NCBI GenBank assembly: GCA_944372545.1
Contig: CALVZO010000031.1
Span: 1-40,535 of the forward strand
DNA: 40,535 nt
Source of the DNA: an uncultured Bacilli bacterium
GTDB taxonomy: Bacteria; Bacillota_I; Bacilli_A; RF39; UBA660
Reading direction: 5' to 3'
This document shows, piece after piece, positions 10,339-19,946 of the stretch. Within the stretch, counting starts at the first letter, position 1. Each line of letters begins with the position of its first letter. Both the position numbers and the translations under genes were made by a program. Below the pieces are notes generated by a model. It searched no databases, was not told the origin of the DNA, and was given only the letters and a program-made list of their open reading frames with translations.

Positions 10339-11168
10339 GTAATGGAATAATTACAAAAGTTAATAGTGATACTTTTACAGTCAAAGTAGATAATAGTTAT
10401 TTAGACTGTAAAGTAAGAGGTAAATTTAGAAATATTAAATTAAAACCAGTCGTAGGAGATAAAGTCTTAGTAGATAAAACTAATAAAACTATAGAAAAAG
10501 TATTAGATAGAGATAATTATTTACTAAGACCTCCTGTTGCTAATATAGATATTGCTATAATTGTTACTAGTTTAGTAGAGCCAAATATAAATATAACTTT
10601 ACTAGATAAATTAATAAGTATTATAACTATTAATAAAATAGAGCCAGTTATATTATTTACTAAATTAGATTTAGGGAAAAAAAGTGATATAAAAAATTTA
10701 AAAGATATTACTAAGTATTATCAAAAAATAGGAATTAAAGTATTTAATAATAAAAATTTAAGAAAAATAAAGAAATATTTAAAAGGAAAAATAGTAACAG
10801 TATGTGGTCAAACTGGGGCAGGTAAATCAACTTTTTTAAATAAATTAGATAAAAGATTAAATTTACAAACTAATGAAATATCTAAATCTTTAGGTAGAGG
10901 AAAACATACAACTAGAATAGTAGAATTATTTGAAATAGATAATTTTTATATAGTAGATACTCCAGGTTTTTCTTCCATTGATATAAATATCTATACTATT
11001 GAGGAAATAAAGAAAAGTTTTATAGAATTTAATAATATTACATGTAAATTTAATAATTGTAATCATTTAAATGAAAAAGGTTGTAAAGTAGTGGAACTTG
11101 TTCATAATAATTTAATTAGAAAATCAAGATATGATAGTTATATAAGATTTATAAAGGAGACTAAATGA
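10332..11168 (+). CDS. rsgA: Ribosome small subunit-dependent GTPase
   Basis: TKLD, GQTGAGKST, GKHTT, DTPGF, CKFNNCNHxxExxC. Confidence 0.95.
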   Translation: MLSNGIITKVNSDTFTVKVDNSYLDCKVRGKFRNIKLKPVVGDKVLVDKTNKTIEKVLDRDNYLLRPPVANIDIAIIVTSLVEPNINITLLDKLISIITINKIEPVILFTKLDLGKKSDIKNLKDITKYYQKIGIKVFNNKNLRKIKKYLKGKIVTVCGQTGAGKSTFLNKLDKRLNLQTNEISKSLGRGKHTTRIVELFEIDNFYIVDTPGFSSIDINIYTIEEIKKSFIEFNNITCKFNNCNHLNEKGCKVVELVHNNLIRKSRYDSYIRFIKETK

Positions 11169-11791
11169 TTTCAGTAAGTTATTTAAAAAGTATAAATAGT
11201 AAAAAAGATACAATTAATTTAATTGATAAAAGTATTGCTGATTTAATTCATGTTGATTTAATGGACGGAGAGTATGTTTTTGAAAATAATTTAGATATTA
11301 ATGAAATAATAAATGATTTAAAAGATGTATCTAAACCATTAGATATTCATTTAATGGTTAATAGTCCCATTAAATATATAGATATTCTTGCTAAATTAAA
11401 ACCATACATTATAACATTTCATTTAGATTCTTTAGATAATCCAAATGAAGTAATTAATTTAATTAAAGATTATAATATAAAAGTAGGTATTGCTATTAAT
11501 CCTAGTGATAATATAAATATATTAAATAACTATTATGACTTAATTGATTATGTTTTAATTATGAGTGTAAATCCCGGTAAAGGGGGACAATTATTTCAAA
11601 GTGAAGTTTTATCTAAATTAAAGTTACTAGAAAATAAAAATCTATTACTAGGAATAGATGGAGGAATAAATAATAATACAATTAAATATTTACATAATTA
11701 TAAAATAGATATAATAGTAAGTGGTTCATATATTTGTAATAGTAATAACTATAATGAACAAATTAATACACTAAAAAAGAATATGTTATGA
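11165..11791 (+). CDS. rpe: Ribulose-phosphate 3-epimerase
   Basis: HVDLMDG, DIHLMV, MSVNPGKGGQ, IDGGIN; follows rsgA. Confidence 0.93.
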   Translation: MISVSYLKSINSKKDTINLIDKSIADLIHVDLMDGEYVFENNLDINEIINDLKDVSKPLDIHLMVNSPIKYIDILAKLKPYIITFHLDSLDNPNEVINLIKDYNIKVGIAINPSDNINILNNYYDLIDYVLIMSVNPGKGGQLFQSEVLSKLKLLENKNLLLGIDGGINNNTIKYLHNYKIDIIVSGSYICNSNNYNEQINTLKKNML

Positions 11792-11810
11792 GTGAACATG
11801 TTCTTTTTTT
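11773..11810. terminator. Bidirectional intrinsic terminator
   Basis: AAAAAAGAATATGTT-loop-AACATGTTCTTTTTTT. Confidence 0.7.
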
Positions 11811-11992
11811 GTTTCACGACTTTGCATAATTGATTTATGATAAGGACTTCTTTCATCAGTTCTATATAATAAATAATCTATACTTGTATTATAAAAATCT
11901 GCTATTTTCTTTAATGTACTAATAGGTATATTAATTTTTTCTAATTCATATTTACTATAATTTGATTGATCTACATGTAAGTATTTTGCAAT
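11786..11992 (-). pseudogene. 5'-truncated XRE-family HTH regulator
   Basis: Manual translation IAKYLHVDQSNYSKYELEKINIPISTLKKIADFYNTSIDYLLYRTD...; helix 1 and any start codon are missing. Confidence 0.8.
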
Positions 11993-11993
11993 T

Positions 11994-12621
11994 AACGCTG
12001 GTGGACATATACATGTTGGAGCCCAAATTTTAGAAGATAGTAAGACTGCATGGTTAAATTTTATAAAATTGTGGTCTGTATATGAAAATGTTATATTTCG
12101 TTTTGAATATGGGGATTTTTTAACTGCTAGACCAAATACGCTTCGATTCTAAATGAAGTATTTTGGCAAGACTATTTAAAATTAAAAAATAATAATGTTT
12201 GTTTAGAAGAAATAATAAGTGTAATTTCTCATAAAAAATATCAAGCAGTTAATTTTAATAATATGTATACTTATAATACTATTGAATTTAGAAGCCCTAA
12301 TGGTACTTTAGATAATATAATATAATATGGCAAAATAATGTGAATTTTTTTGTTAAATTATTAATATATGCTAGAAGTATAAATTATAATGATGATTTAA
12401 TTGAAAAAAGACATTTAACTAATTTAGATAAATATAATGAATTAAAATGGTATGATGAAATATTTTTAGGTCAAGCATTAGAGTTGTGTGATATGATTTT
12501 TACAAATAATCTTGATAAAATTTATTTTTTAAAACAATATTTAAAATCTTTTGAAGTTAGAAAAAATACAAAAGAGTATTCTAAAGGACCTTCTTTAACT
12601 AAAAAGAAGTACATTTATTAA
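11994..12621 (+). pseudogene. Amidoligase-family enzyme remnant (5'-truncated, two frameshifts)
   Basis: Three frames give AGGHIHVG...YENVIFRF...RP, then KYA...KYQAVNF...TIEFRSPNGTLD, then WQNNVNFFVKL; frameshifts near 12134 and at 12314-12328. Confidence 0.8.
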
Positions 12622-12633
12622 TGTGTACTTCTT
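12604..12633. terminator. Bidirectional terminator
   Basis: AAGAAGTACA...TGTACTTCTT between the convergent amidoligase remnant and pyrG. Confidence 0.7.
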
Positions 12634-12637
12634 ATTT

Positions 12638-14242
12638 TTATTTACATTTATTCGCGGCTTCAATAAAACTCATGAATAAAGGATGTGGTTTAGTTGGTCT
12701 ACTTTTAAATTCAGGGTGAAATTGACTAGCAATAAAATGCGGGTGGTTAGGTAATTCAATAATTTCTACTAAATTGGCTTTAGTATTAAAGCCAGAAAAT
12801 ACCATACCTTTACTTTCCAATAATTCTTTATAATTATTATTAAATTCATAACGATGGCGATGTCTTTCTAAAATAATATCTTCCTTATAATCTTTATAGG
12901 CTAGAGTATCTTTAACTAAAGAACACTCATAATTACCAAGTCGTAAAGTTCCACCCATATTAATGATGGCTTTTTGAGATTCCATTAAATCTATAACGGG
13001 ATTTTTACAAAGTGGATTAAATTCCGTTGAATTAGCATCTTCTAAAGAACAAACATTTCTGGCAAATTCAATAACGGCTAGTTGCATGCCTAAACATATT
13101 CCTAAAAATGGTATTTTATTAACTCTAGCATAATTAATGGCTTTAATTTTTCCTTCAATACCCCTAGAACCAAAACCACCAGGAACTAAAATTCCTTTTG
13201 AATTTTTAAATACTTCTTTTAAATTAGCAGATTCTTTTTCTAAAGATTCTGAATCTACCCAATTGATTTTTATTTTTTTATTTACTTTATAACCAGCATG
13301 TTTAAGTGATTCTGCAACAGATATATAAGCATCATGTAATTCAATATATTTACCTACTAAAGATATTTCTAATTCATTATCTAAATTATTAACGGTATTT
13401 ATTAAATCTTCCCAATATTTTAAATTAGCCTTCTTAATTGGCAATTCAAATTGTTTTAAAATAATTTCATCAATATTTTGTTTATAATAATTAATTGGTA
13501 TTTCATATATATTATTGACATCAATTGAATCTATAATATTAGTAACAGGAATAGAGCAGAATAAAGATAATTTGTTTTTTATGGCATCAGTAGTAGAAAA
13601 AGGAGCACGACAAACTAATGCATCTGGACTTATTCCCATATTTCTTAAATCTTTAACACTATTTTGGGTTGGTTTAGTTTTTAATTCTCCCGAACCAAAA
13701 ATATAAGGAATTAAAGTACAATGAACAAAGAAAGTATTATTTTTACCTAATTCATATTGCACTTGTCTTAAGGCTTCGATGAATGCTTGGGACTCAATAT
13801 CGCCAACTGTACCTCCAATTTCTGTAATAACTATATCGGCATTACTAGATACTCCGGCTTCATAAATCTTATTTTTAATTTCATTAGTTATATGCGGTAC
13901 CATTTGGACAGTGGCTCCTAAAAAGTCACCTTTTCGTTCTTTTTCAATAACTGATTTATAAATTTTTCCACTTGTAATATTTGATGTATAGTTTAATTCC
14001 TCATCAATAAATCTTTCATAATGTCCTAAATCTAAATCAGTTTCGCACCCATCATAAGTTACAAATACTTCTCCATGTTGAATTGGATTCATAGTACCTG
14101 GGTCAACATTAAAATAAGGGTCAAACTTTTGCATAAAGACTTTATAACCCCTAGATTTAAGTAGTAGGGCTATACTTGATGCAGTAATTCCCTTACCAAG
14201 TCCCGATACCACACCCCCAGTAACGAATACATATTTAGTCAT
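12638..14242 (-). CDS. pyrG: CTP synthase
   Basis: VTGGVVSGLGKG, EIGGTVGDIES, KTKPTQ, GICLGMQ, RHRHRYE, QFHPEF. Confidence 0.97.
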   Translation of the reverse strand: MTKYVFVTGGVVSGLGKGITASSIALLLKSRGYKVFMQKFDPYFNVDPGTMNPIQHGEVFVTYDGCETDLDLGHYERFIDEELNYTSNITSGKIYKSVIEKERKGDFLGATVQMVPHITNEIKNKIYEAGVSSNADIVITEIGGTVGDIESQAFIEALRQVQYELGKNNTFFVHCTLIPYIFGSGELKTKPTQNSVKDLRNMGISPDALVCRAPFSTTDAIKNKLSLFCSIPVTNIIDSIDVNNIYEIPINYYKQNIDEIILKQFELPIKKANLKYWEDLINTVNNLDNELEISLVGKYIELHDAYISVAESLKHAGYKVNKKIKINWVDSESLEKESANLKEVFKNSKGILVPGGFGSRGIEGKIKAINYARVNKIPFLGICLGMQLAVIEFARNVCSLEDANSTEFNPLCKNPVIDLMESQKAIINMGGTLRLGNYECSLVKDTLAYKDYKEDIILERHRHRYEFNNNYKELLESKGMVFSGFNTKANLVEIIELPNHPHFIASQFHPEFKSRPTKPHPLFMSFIEAANKCK

Positions 14243-14261
14243 AATATCACCTCCACAAAAT

Positions 14262-14292
14262 AAAAAAACTAATAGTATTCGAGAACTATTAG
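14262..14292 (-). terminator. Leader terminator (attenuator) upstream of pyrG
   Basis: Minus strand CTAATAGT-8 nt-ACTATTAG-T7, just upstream of the GGAGGTGA SD. Confidence 0.65.
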
Positions 14293-14449
14293 GCTCTCTT
14301 TAATTATAGAGTATTCTAAATTACTTAGCAATAATTTTATAATTATTTTGTTAATAACATGACAATTTTTAACAAATTTCACAAATTAGAGATAATCAAT
14401 TTTAAAATACTTAAAATTATGATAAAATGGGTATAGTAAGGTGATTTAG

Positions 14450-16165
14450 ATGACTAGAGAAACATTTTTACTAATAGCAGTGGCTTATTATATGTTTACA
14501 ATGATTATAGTAATAGTGGTTTTATTATTAATGAATAGAAGATATCGTAATAATTTAACCAATGAAATAAATACATTAGAAAGAGAAAAAAATTTAATTA
14601 TTAGTAGTAGTATTTTATCTGAATTAAATAAAGTTGAGGCTTTAATAAATAATGCTGATTTAAAGAAAAAATATGATAATTGGCAAGAGAGATTTATAAG
14701 TATTAGAGATGAAGAAATACCAAAGATTACTGATGAAATAATTGTTTTACAAAATGATTTTAATGAAAGAGATTATAATAAATTAAAAAAAGGTATTAAT
14801 GAAGCCGAACTTAATATTAATTATTTAAAGACTAAAGCCGATTTTTTACTGGAAGAAATTAAAGAAATAACTTTAAGTGAAGAAAGAAATAGAGAAACAA
14901 TTATTAAATTAAAAGCAGATTATAGAGAAATACAAAATATTTATAATAGTAATTTAAGTGATTATGAAATGATTAAAACTCCAATTGAGTTACAATTTGA
15001 AAATGTTGACAAGTTATTTAGTGCCTTTGAAGTAGCAATGGAAAATAATGAATATTTAGAAGTAGGAAGAATTGTTAAAGCAATTGATGATGTTATAGGT
15101 AACTTAAAAATAGTTATTAATGAAACTAAAACAATTGTTAATTTAGGCAGTGTTTTAATACCCAAAAGAATTGCTGATATTAATAACGTTTATCATAAAA
15201 TGAAATTAGAAGGTTATAATTTAGAATATTTAAATATTGAGTATAATATAAAAGAGGCTGATAAAAAAATTCAAGATGTATTTAGTAGATTAAATGTTTT
15301 AAATGTAGTTGACTCTGTCTTTGAATTAAAAACAATGCTAGATTATTTTGATTCTTTATATAATGATTTTGATAAAGAAAGAATTACTAAGAAGTTATAT
15401 GAAGAATATAAAAGAAGTATATTAATAAAGGTAAGTAAATTAGAAAAAATTAATAATGAATTATTTAGAAAAATAGATGATATTAAATATAATTATGATT
15501 TATCTGATGATGAAGTATTAGTAATATCGGAAATTAAAGAAGAATTTAATAATATAAGGGCTAGTTATGACCACATTGTAGAGATGGAGAGAAATAAAAC
15601 TTTAGCCTATTCAAGATTAGAAAAAGAAATGGAAATTATTAATAATAAACTTACTAAGGGAGAAGAGAAGTTAAATAATGCTTTAAGAACTTTAGGAAGT
15701 TTAAAAGAAGATGAATTAAGAGCAAGAGATCAACTTGATGAAATAAAAGATATTTTATCGCAAGCAAAAGAGAAGGTAAGAAGTTATAAATTACCAGTAA
15801 TACCTAAAAATTATTATGTTGAATTAAGTGAAGCCACGATGGCTATTAATGAGATGGTTAAAGAACTTGATAAAAGGCCAATTTCTATTAAAACTCTAAA
15901 TTTAAGAGTAGATACTGCTAGAGATTTAGTTTTAAAAGTATATAATACGATTAATGAAACAATAAAGACTGCAAAGATGGCAGAAACAGCAATAGTTTAT
16001 GGTAATAGATATAGAGTTACAAATAGAGAAGTTGATTTAGGATTAAGTAAAGCCGAAAATTCATTTTATAAAGGTAATTTTAAAAATAGTTTAGAAAACG
16101 CTATTAATGCAATAAATGTAATTGAACCAGGAATTCATAAGAGATTATTAGAAGAATACAAGTAG
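14450..16165 (+). CDS. ezrA: Septation ring formation regulator
   Basis: N-terminal transmembrane helix, long coiled coil, C-terminal 'IVYGNRYR' (QNR-type) motif; synteny with iscS-thiI. Confidence 0.88.
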   Translation: MTRETFLLIAVAYYMFTMIIVIVVLLLMNRRYRNNLTNEINTLEREKNLIISSSILSELNKVEALINNADLKKKYDNWQERFISIRDEEIPKITDEIIVLQNDFNERDYNKLKKGINEAELNINYLKTKADFLLEEIKEITLSEERNRETIIKLKADYREIQNIYNSNLSDYEMIKTPIELQFENVDKLFSAFEVAMENNEYLEVGRIVKAIDDVIGNLKIVINETKTIVNLGSVLIPKRIADINNVYHKMKLEGYNLEYLNIEYNIKEADKKIQDVFSRLNVLNVVDSVFELKTMLDYFDSLYNDFDKERITKKLYEEYKRSILIKVSKLEKINNELFRKIDDIKYNYDLSDDEVLVISEIKEEFNNIRASYDHIVEMERNKTLAYSRLEKEMEIINNKLTKGEEKLNNALRTLGSLKEDELRARDQLDEIKDILSQAKEKVRSYKLPVIPKNYYVELSEATMAINEMVKELDKRPISIKTLNLRVDTARDLVLKVYNTINETIKTAKMAETAIVYGNRYRVTNREVDLGLSKAENSFYKGNFKNSLENAINAINVIEPGIHKRLLEEYK

Positions 16166-16182
16166 TTATTGGGAGTGATGCT

Positions 16183-17307
16183 GTGATTTATTTAGATTAT
16201 GAAGATGCAACACCAATGTCACTAGAGGCAATTGATACTTATGTAAAAGTAGCCAAAGATTATATTGGAAATGTTAGTGCTAATAATAAAGAAGGAGAGA
16301 AAAGTAAGAAATTATTTTTAGAAACTACTAAAGAACTTGCTAATATGTTTAATATTTTAGATAGTGAAATTATATACACTAATGGGGGAATTGAAGCAAA
16401 TAATATGGCTTTAGTTGGAGTTGCTATGGAAAATCATAAAAGGGGAAAACATATTATTGTGTCCCGTTTAGAACAAAGTTCAACTTATAAAATATGTGAT
16501 TATTTAGCAAGTATTGGGTTTGAAATTAGTTATGTTAAAAATGATGAAGAAGGATTAATTAGTTTTGATGATTTAAGAAATTTAATTAGGGAAGATACTA
16601 TACTTGTTAGTATTTGCGCTGTTAATGGAAGTGTGGGAGTAAGACAGCCATTAAAAATGTTAAGACAAATTATTAAAAAAGTAAATGAACATACTATATT
16701 TCATTCTGATTTAACTGATGCTCTAGGAAAAACAATTATTAATTTTCGAGATATTGATTTAGGTAGTGTAAGTGCTGATAAAGTATATGGGCCTAAAGGC
16801 ATTGGCTTTTTATATAAAAATAGTTTAGTTAAAATGACTCCCCTTACTTATGGGAATAATAAATATCCTCAATATAAGCCTGATAATCTACCACTTCCTT
16901 TAATCGTAAGTATGAAAGAAGCCATAAAGAATAGTATTAAAGATTTAGATAAAAAAGAGAGATATATTAATTTATTAAATGAAAGAATAGTAAGTAAATT
17001 AAGTAATATTGATGGAATAAAAATTAATAAAACTAAATATTCTATTCCACATATTTTAAATATTAGTTTTGATAAAATATCTAGTGAAACTGTTTGTAAT
17101 ACATTAGGTAATAAAGATATTTTAGTAAGTTGTAATAGTAAAGAAGAAATATCTAGTGCTGTTATGGCTATATATAATGATTTAGAAAGAAGTAAAAGAA
17201 CTTTAAGAATAAGTTTATCACATTTAACAACTGTGTTAGAAATTAATAGATTTTTAGAAATATTTTTGGTAGAATACAATAACTTAATTAATTTAATCGG
17301 GGGATAA
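16183..17307 (+). CDS. Degenerate cysteine desulfurase-like (IscS/NifZ, class V aminotransferase) protein
   Basis: MIYLDY, 'DKVYGPKGIG', 'LRISLS'; many catalytic motifs are altered. Confidence 0.8.
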   Translation: MIYLDYEDATPMSLEAIDTYVKVAKDYIGNVSANNKEGEKSKKLFLETTKELANMFNILDSEIIYTNGGIEANNMALVGVAMENHKRGKHIIVSRLEQSSTYKICDYLASIGFEISYVKNDEEGLISFDDLRNLIREDTILVSICAVNGSVGVRQPLKMLRQIIKKVNEHTIFHSDLTDALGKTIINFRDIDLGSVSADKVYGPKGIGFLYKNSLVKMTPLTYGNNKYPQYKPDNLPLPLIVSMKEAIKNSIKDLDKKERYINLLNERIVSKLSNIDGIKINKTKYSIPHILNISFDKISSETVCNTLGNKDILVSCNSKEEISSAVMAIYNDLERSKRTLRISLSHLTTVLEINRFLEIFLVEYNNLINLIGG

Positions 17308-17309
17308 AT

Positions 17310-18497
17310 ATGTTAGAAAAAGTAATATTTTTAAAATATGGCGAGTTATCAACTAAGAAAAATAATATTAATTTCTTTTTAAAACAATTAGAAAGTAATA
17401 TTAAATTTATATTGGATAGTGAAGATATAATTCTATATGATTGTGGGAGAATGTTTATCTATCCTAAAAATGATTTTCAAAGTACATTAAGGAAATTACA
17501 AAATGTATTTGGTATTCATGAAATAAATATTGCTTATAAAAGTTTAGATAGAAGTCTTGATGCTTTAGAAGATAATGTTATTAATTTATTAAAAGATAGG
17601 GAATTTACTACTTTTAAAGTTGAAGTTAAAAGAAGTGATAAAAATTATGAATATGACAGTATGAATTTAAGAAAAATAATAGGTAGTTATATTTTAAAAC
17701 ATACAAATAATAAAAAAGTTGATGTCAATAATCCAGAAATAATAGTAAATATTGAAATTAGAAAAAAAGAAGTTTTAATATATTTTGATAAAGTTAAAGG
17801 TATTGGTGGTTATCCAGTTTCTTCTTTAGGTAAAGGACTTCTTATGTTAAGTGGGGGAATTGATTCTCCAGTTGCTGGTTATCTTGCTATGAAAAGAGGA
17901 ATAAAAATAGAAGCAATTTATTTTGAAAGTCCACCTCATACTAGTCAAAATGCCAAAGATAAAGTAGTAGAACTTGCAAGATTACTTTCAATATATAATA
18001 ATGATATTAAATTACATGTAATAAATTTTACTAATATTCAAGAAGCAATTTATAAAAATATTCCGCATGATTACTTAATTACTATTATGAGAAGAATGAT
18101 GTATAGAATAAGTGCTATAGTAGCGGCCAAAGTTAATGCCAAAGTTTTAATAAATGGGGAATCTATTGGTCAAGTTGCAAGTCAAACTTTAACTAGTATG
18201 AAAGTTATAAATGAAGTTGTAAAAATACCTGTTATAAGACCGGTTGCGTGTTTTGATAAATTAGAAATTATTAATCTAGCCAAAAAAATAGGAACCTATG
18301 AAACAAGTATATTGCCTTATGAAGACTGTTGTACAATATTTGTACCAAAACACCCAGTTATAAATCCATTAAGAGAAAAATGTTTAGAGTATGAAAAATT
18401 AATTAATTATGAAGATTTAATATATGAATCGATTAAAAATAAAGAAGTTATTCATATAAAAAATGAAGAGTCTAATACTTATAGTGATTATTTATAA
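17310..18497 (+). CDS. thiI: tRNA 4-thiouridine synthase (short form, no rhodanese domain)
   Basis: KYGEL, THUMP domain, LSGGIDSPVA, GESIGQVASQT, EDCC. Confidence 0.95.
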   Translation: MLEKVIFLKYGELSTKKNNINFFLKQLESNIKFILDSEDIILYDCGRMFIYPKNDFQSTLRKLQNVFGIHEINIAYKSLDRSLDALEDNVINLLKDREFTTFKVEVKRSDKNYEYDSMNLRKIIGSYILKHTNNKKVDVNNPEIIVNIEIRKKEVLIYFDKVKGIGGYPVSSLGKGLLMLSGGIDSPVAGYLAMKRGIKIEAIYFESPPHTSQNAKDKVVELARLLSIYNNDIKLHVINFTNIQEAIYKNIPHDYLITIMRRMMYRISAIVAAKVNAKVLINGESIGQVASQTLTSMKVINEVVKIPVIRPVACFDKLEIINLAKKIGTYETSILPYEDCCTIFVPKHPVINPLREKCLEYEKLINYEDLIYESIKNKEVIHIKNEESNTYSDYL

Positions 18498-18526
18498 GTA
18501 TTAAAAGTATTATTTAAGCCATAATA
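18498..18526 (+). promoter_or_regulatory. sigmaG-like forespore promoter
   Basis: GTATT-17 nt-CATAATA, then GGTGAT SD and ATG 18541. Confidence 0.55.
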
Positions 18527-18540
18527 TAAATGGTGATATA

Positions 18541-18696
18541 ATGCTTAAAAATGAAGAATATAATGAAGGCTATTTTAAGAAGAAAATATTAAGTCAATTT
18601 AATGTAAGTGATAATATATTAAGTAGTGATTTAAATAAAAAAATAAATGAAGTATTTAAGAGCAAAAGACATGAGCGAGTGAGTAAAAAAAGATAA
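18541..18696 (+). CDS. 51-aa basic protein, candidate divergent alpha/beta SASP
   Basis: Not in the ORF track. MLKNEEYNEGYFKKKILSQFNVSDNILSSDLNKKINEVFKSKRHERVSKKR; SD present; occupies the sspA position after thiI. Confidence 0.55.
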   Translation: MLKNEEYNEGYFKKKILSQFNVSDNILSSDLNKKINEVFKSKRHERVSKKR

Positions 18697-18717
18697 ATTT
18701 TTTCCATCGCTCTTTTA

Positions 18718-18746
18718 TTTACAAAACTTAAGAAGTACTTTATAAT
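18718..18746 (+). promoter_or_regulatory. sigmaA promoter of ackA
   Basis: TTTACA-17-TATAAT. Confidence 0.7.
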
Positions 18747-18764
18747 GGTAATAGAGGTGTGATT

Positions 18765-19943
18765 ATGAATATATTATCTGTAAATGCTGGTAGTTCATCT
18801 TTAAAATTTACTTTAATTGAACTTCCATCAAGAAATGTACTAGCCAGTGGCTTATTTGAAAAAATAGGAATGACTGATAGTATGTACACTATTAAATTTA
18901 ATGGTGAAAAAATAACAAAAACAACTAATTTATATGACCATTCAGTGGCAGTTTCTAAATTAATTGAAGAATTATTAGAAAATAATATAGTAGATAGTTT
19001 AGAAGAAATTGAAGGAGTAGGACATAGAATACTTCATGGAGGAAGTGAATTTACGAAGTCACTTATTTTAAATGAAGATATTTTACAAAGAATTTCTAAA
19101 TATAATGAGTTAGGGCCACTTCATAATCCTGCTAATATTATGGGAGTTAAGGCTTTTATGAAAGTGTTACCTAATGTTTTAAATGTTGGAGTATTTGATA
19201 CAACTTTCCATCAAACAATGGCAGAAGAAGAATATTTATATCCAGTACCTTATGAGTGGTATACTAAATATGGTATTAGAAAATATGGATTCCATGGTAC
19301 AAGTCATCGTTTTATTTATAAGACTATTTCTGAATACTTTAAAAGAGATGATTTAAAAGTTATATCATGTCATATTGGTAATGGTGGTAGTTTGTGTGCT
19401 ATAAATGGAGGAAAAGTAGTTGATACAACAATGGGATTTACTCCTCTTGCGGGAATTATGATGGGAACTCGTTCTGGTGATATTGATCCATCAATTATTC
19501 CTTTTGTCATGAAGAAAACTGGTAAGACTGCAGAAGAAATAGTAAATGATTTAAATAAGAAAAGTGGTTTACTAGGAATAAGTGGAATATCTTCTGATAG
19601 TAGAGATGTTGAAAATGCTTCGAAAGAAGGTAATGAAAGAGCAATTCTTGCCCAAAATATGTATGCGCAAAAAATTGCTAATTTCATAGCGATGTATAAT
19701 AATTTATTAGATGGTGCCGATGTTATAACTTTAACTGCCGGAGTAGGAGAAAATTCTTCTGTAATGCGGAAACTTATTTGTGAAAGAATTAAAAGTTTAG
19801 GAGTTTTAATTGATGAAGAAAGAAACAATTGTCGAGGTGAATTTAAGTTGATAAGCAGTGATAACTCAAAAATACCAGTTTATGTTGTGCCAACAAATGA
19901 AGAGTTAATGATTGCTCTTGATACAATGGAATTAATCAGTTAG
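18765..19943 (+). CDS. ackA: Acetate kinase
   Basis: NAGSSSLKF, GHRILHGG, PLHNP, FDTTFH, YGFHGTSH, PTNEELMIA; start moved to ATG 18765 after the GAGGTG SD. Confidence 0.96.
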   Translation: MNILSVNAGSSSLKFTLIELPSRNVLASGLFEKIGMTDSMYTIKFNGEKITKTTNLYDHSVAVSKLIEELLENNIVDSLEEIEGVGHRILHGGSEFTKSLILNEDILQRISKYNELGPLHNPANIMGVKAFMKVLPNVLNVGVFDTTFHQTMAEEEYLYPVPYEWYTKYGIRKYGFHGTSHRFIYKTISEYFKRDDLKVISCHIGNGGSLCAINGGKVVDTTMGFTPLAGIMMGTRSGDIDPSIIPFVMKKTGKTAEEIVNDLNKKSGLLGISGISSDSRDVENASKEGNERAILAQNMYAQKIANFIAMYNNLLDGADVITLTAGVGENSSVMRKLICERIKSLGVLIDEERNNCRGEFKLISSDNSKIPVYVVPTNEELMIALDTMELIS

Positions 19944-19946
19944 GGA

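Noticed and set aside
11794-11803. GAACATGTTC as a LexA box
   Set aside because: The spacer is 2 nt rather than 4, and it is part of the rpe terminator.
12340-12621. 93-aa ORF as an independent gene
   Set aside because: It is the last frame of the amidoligase pseudogene.
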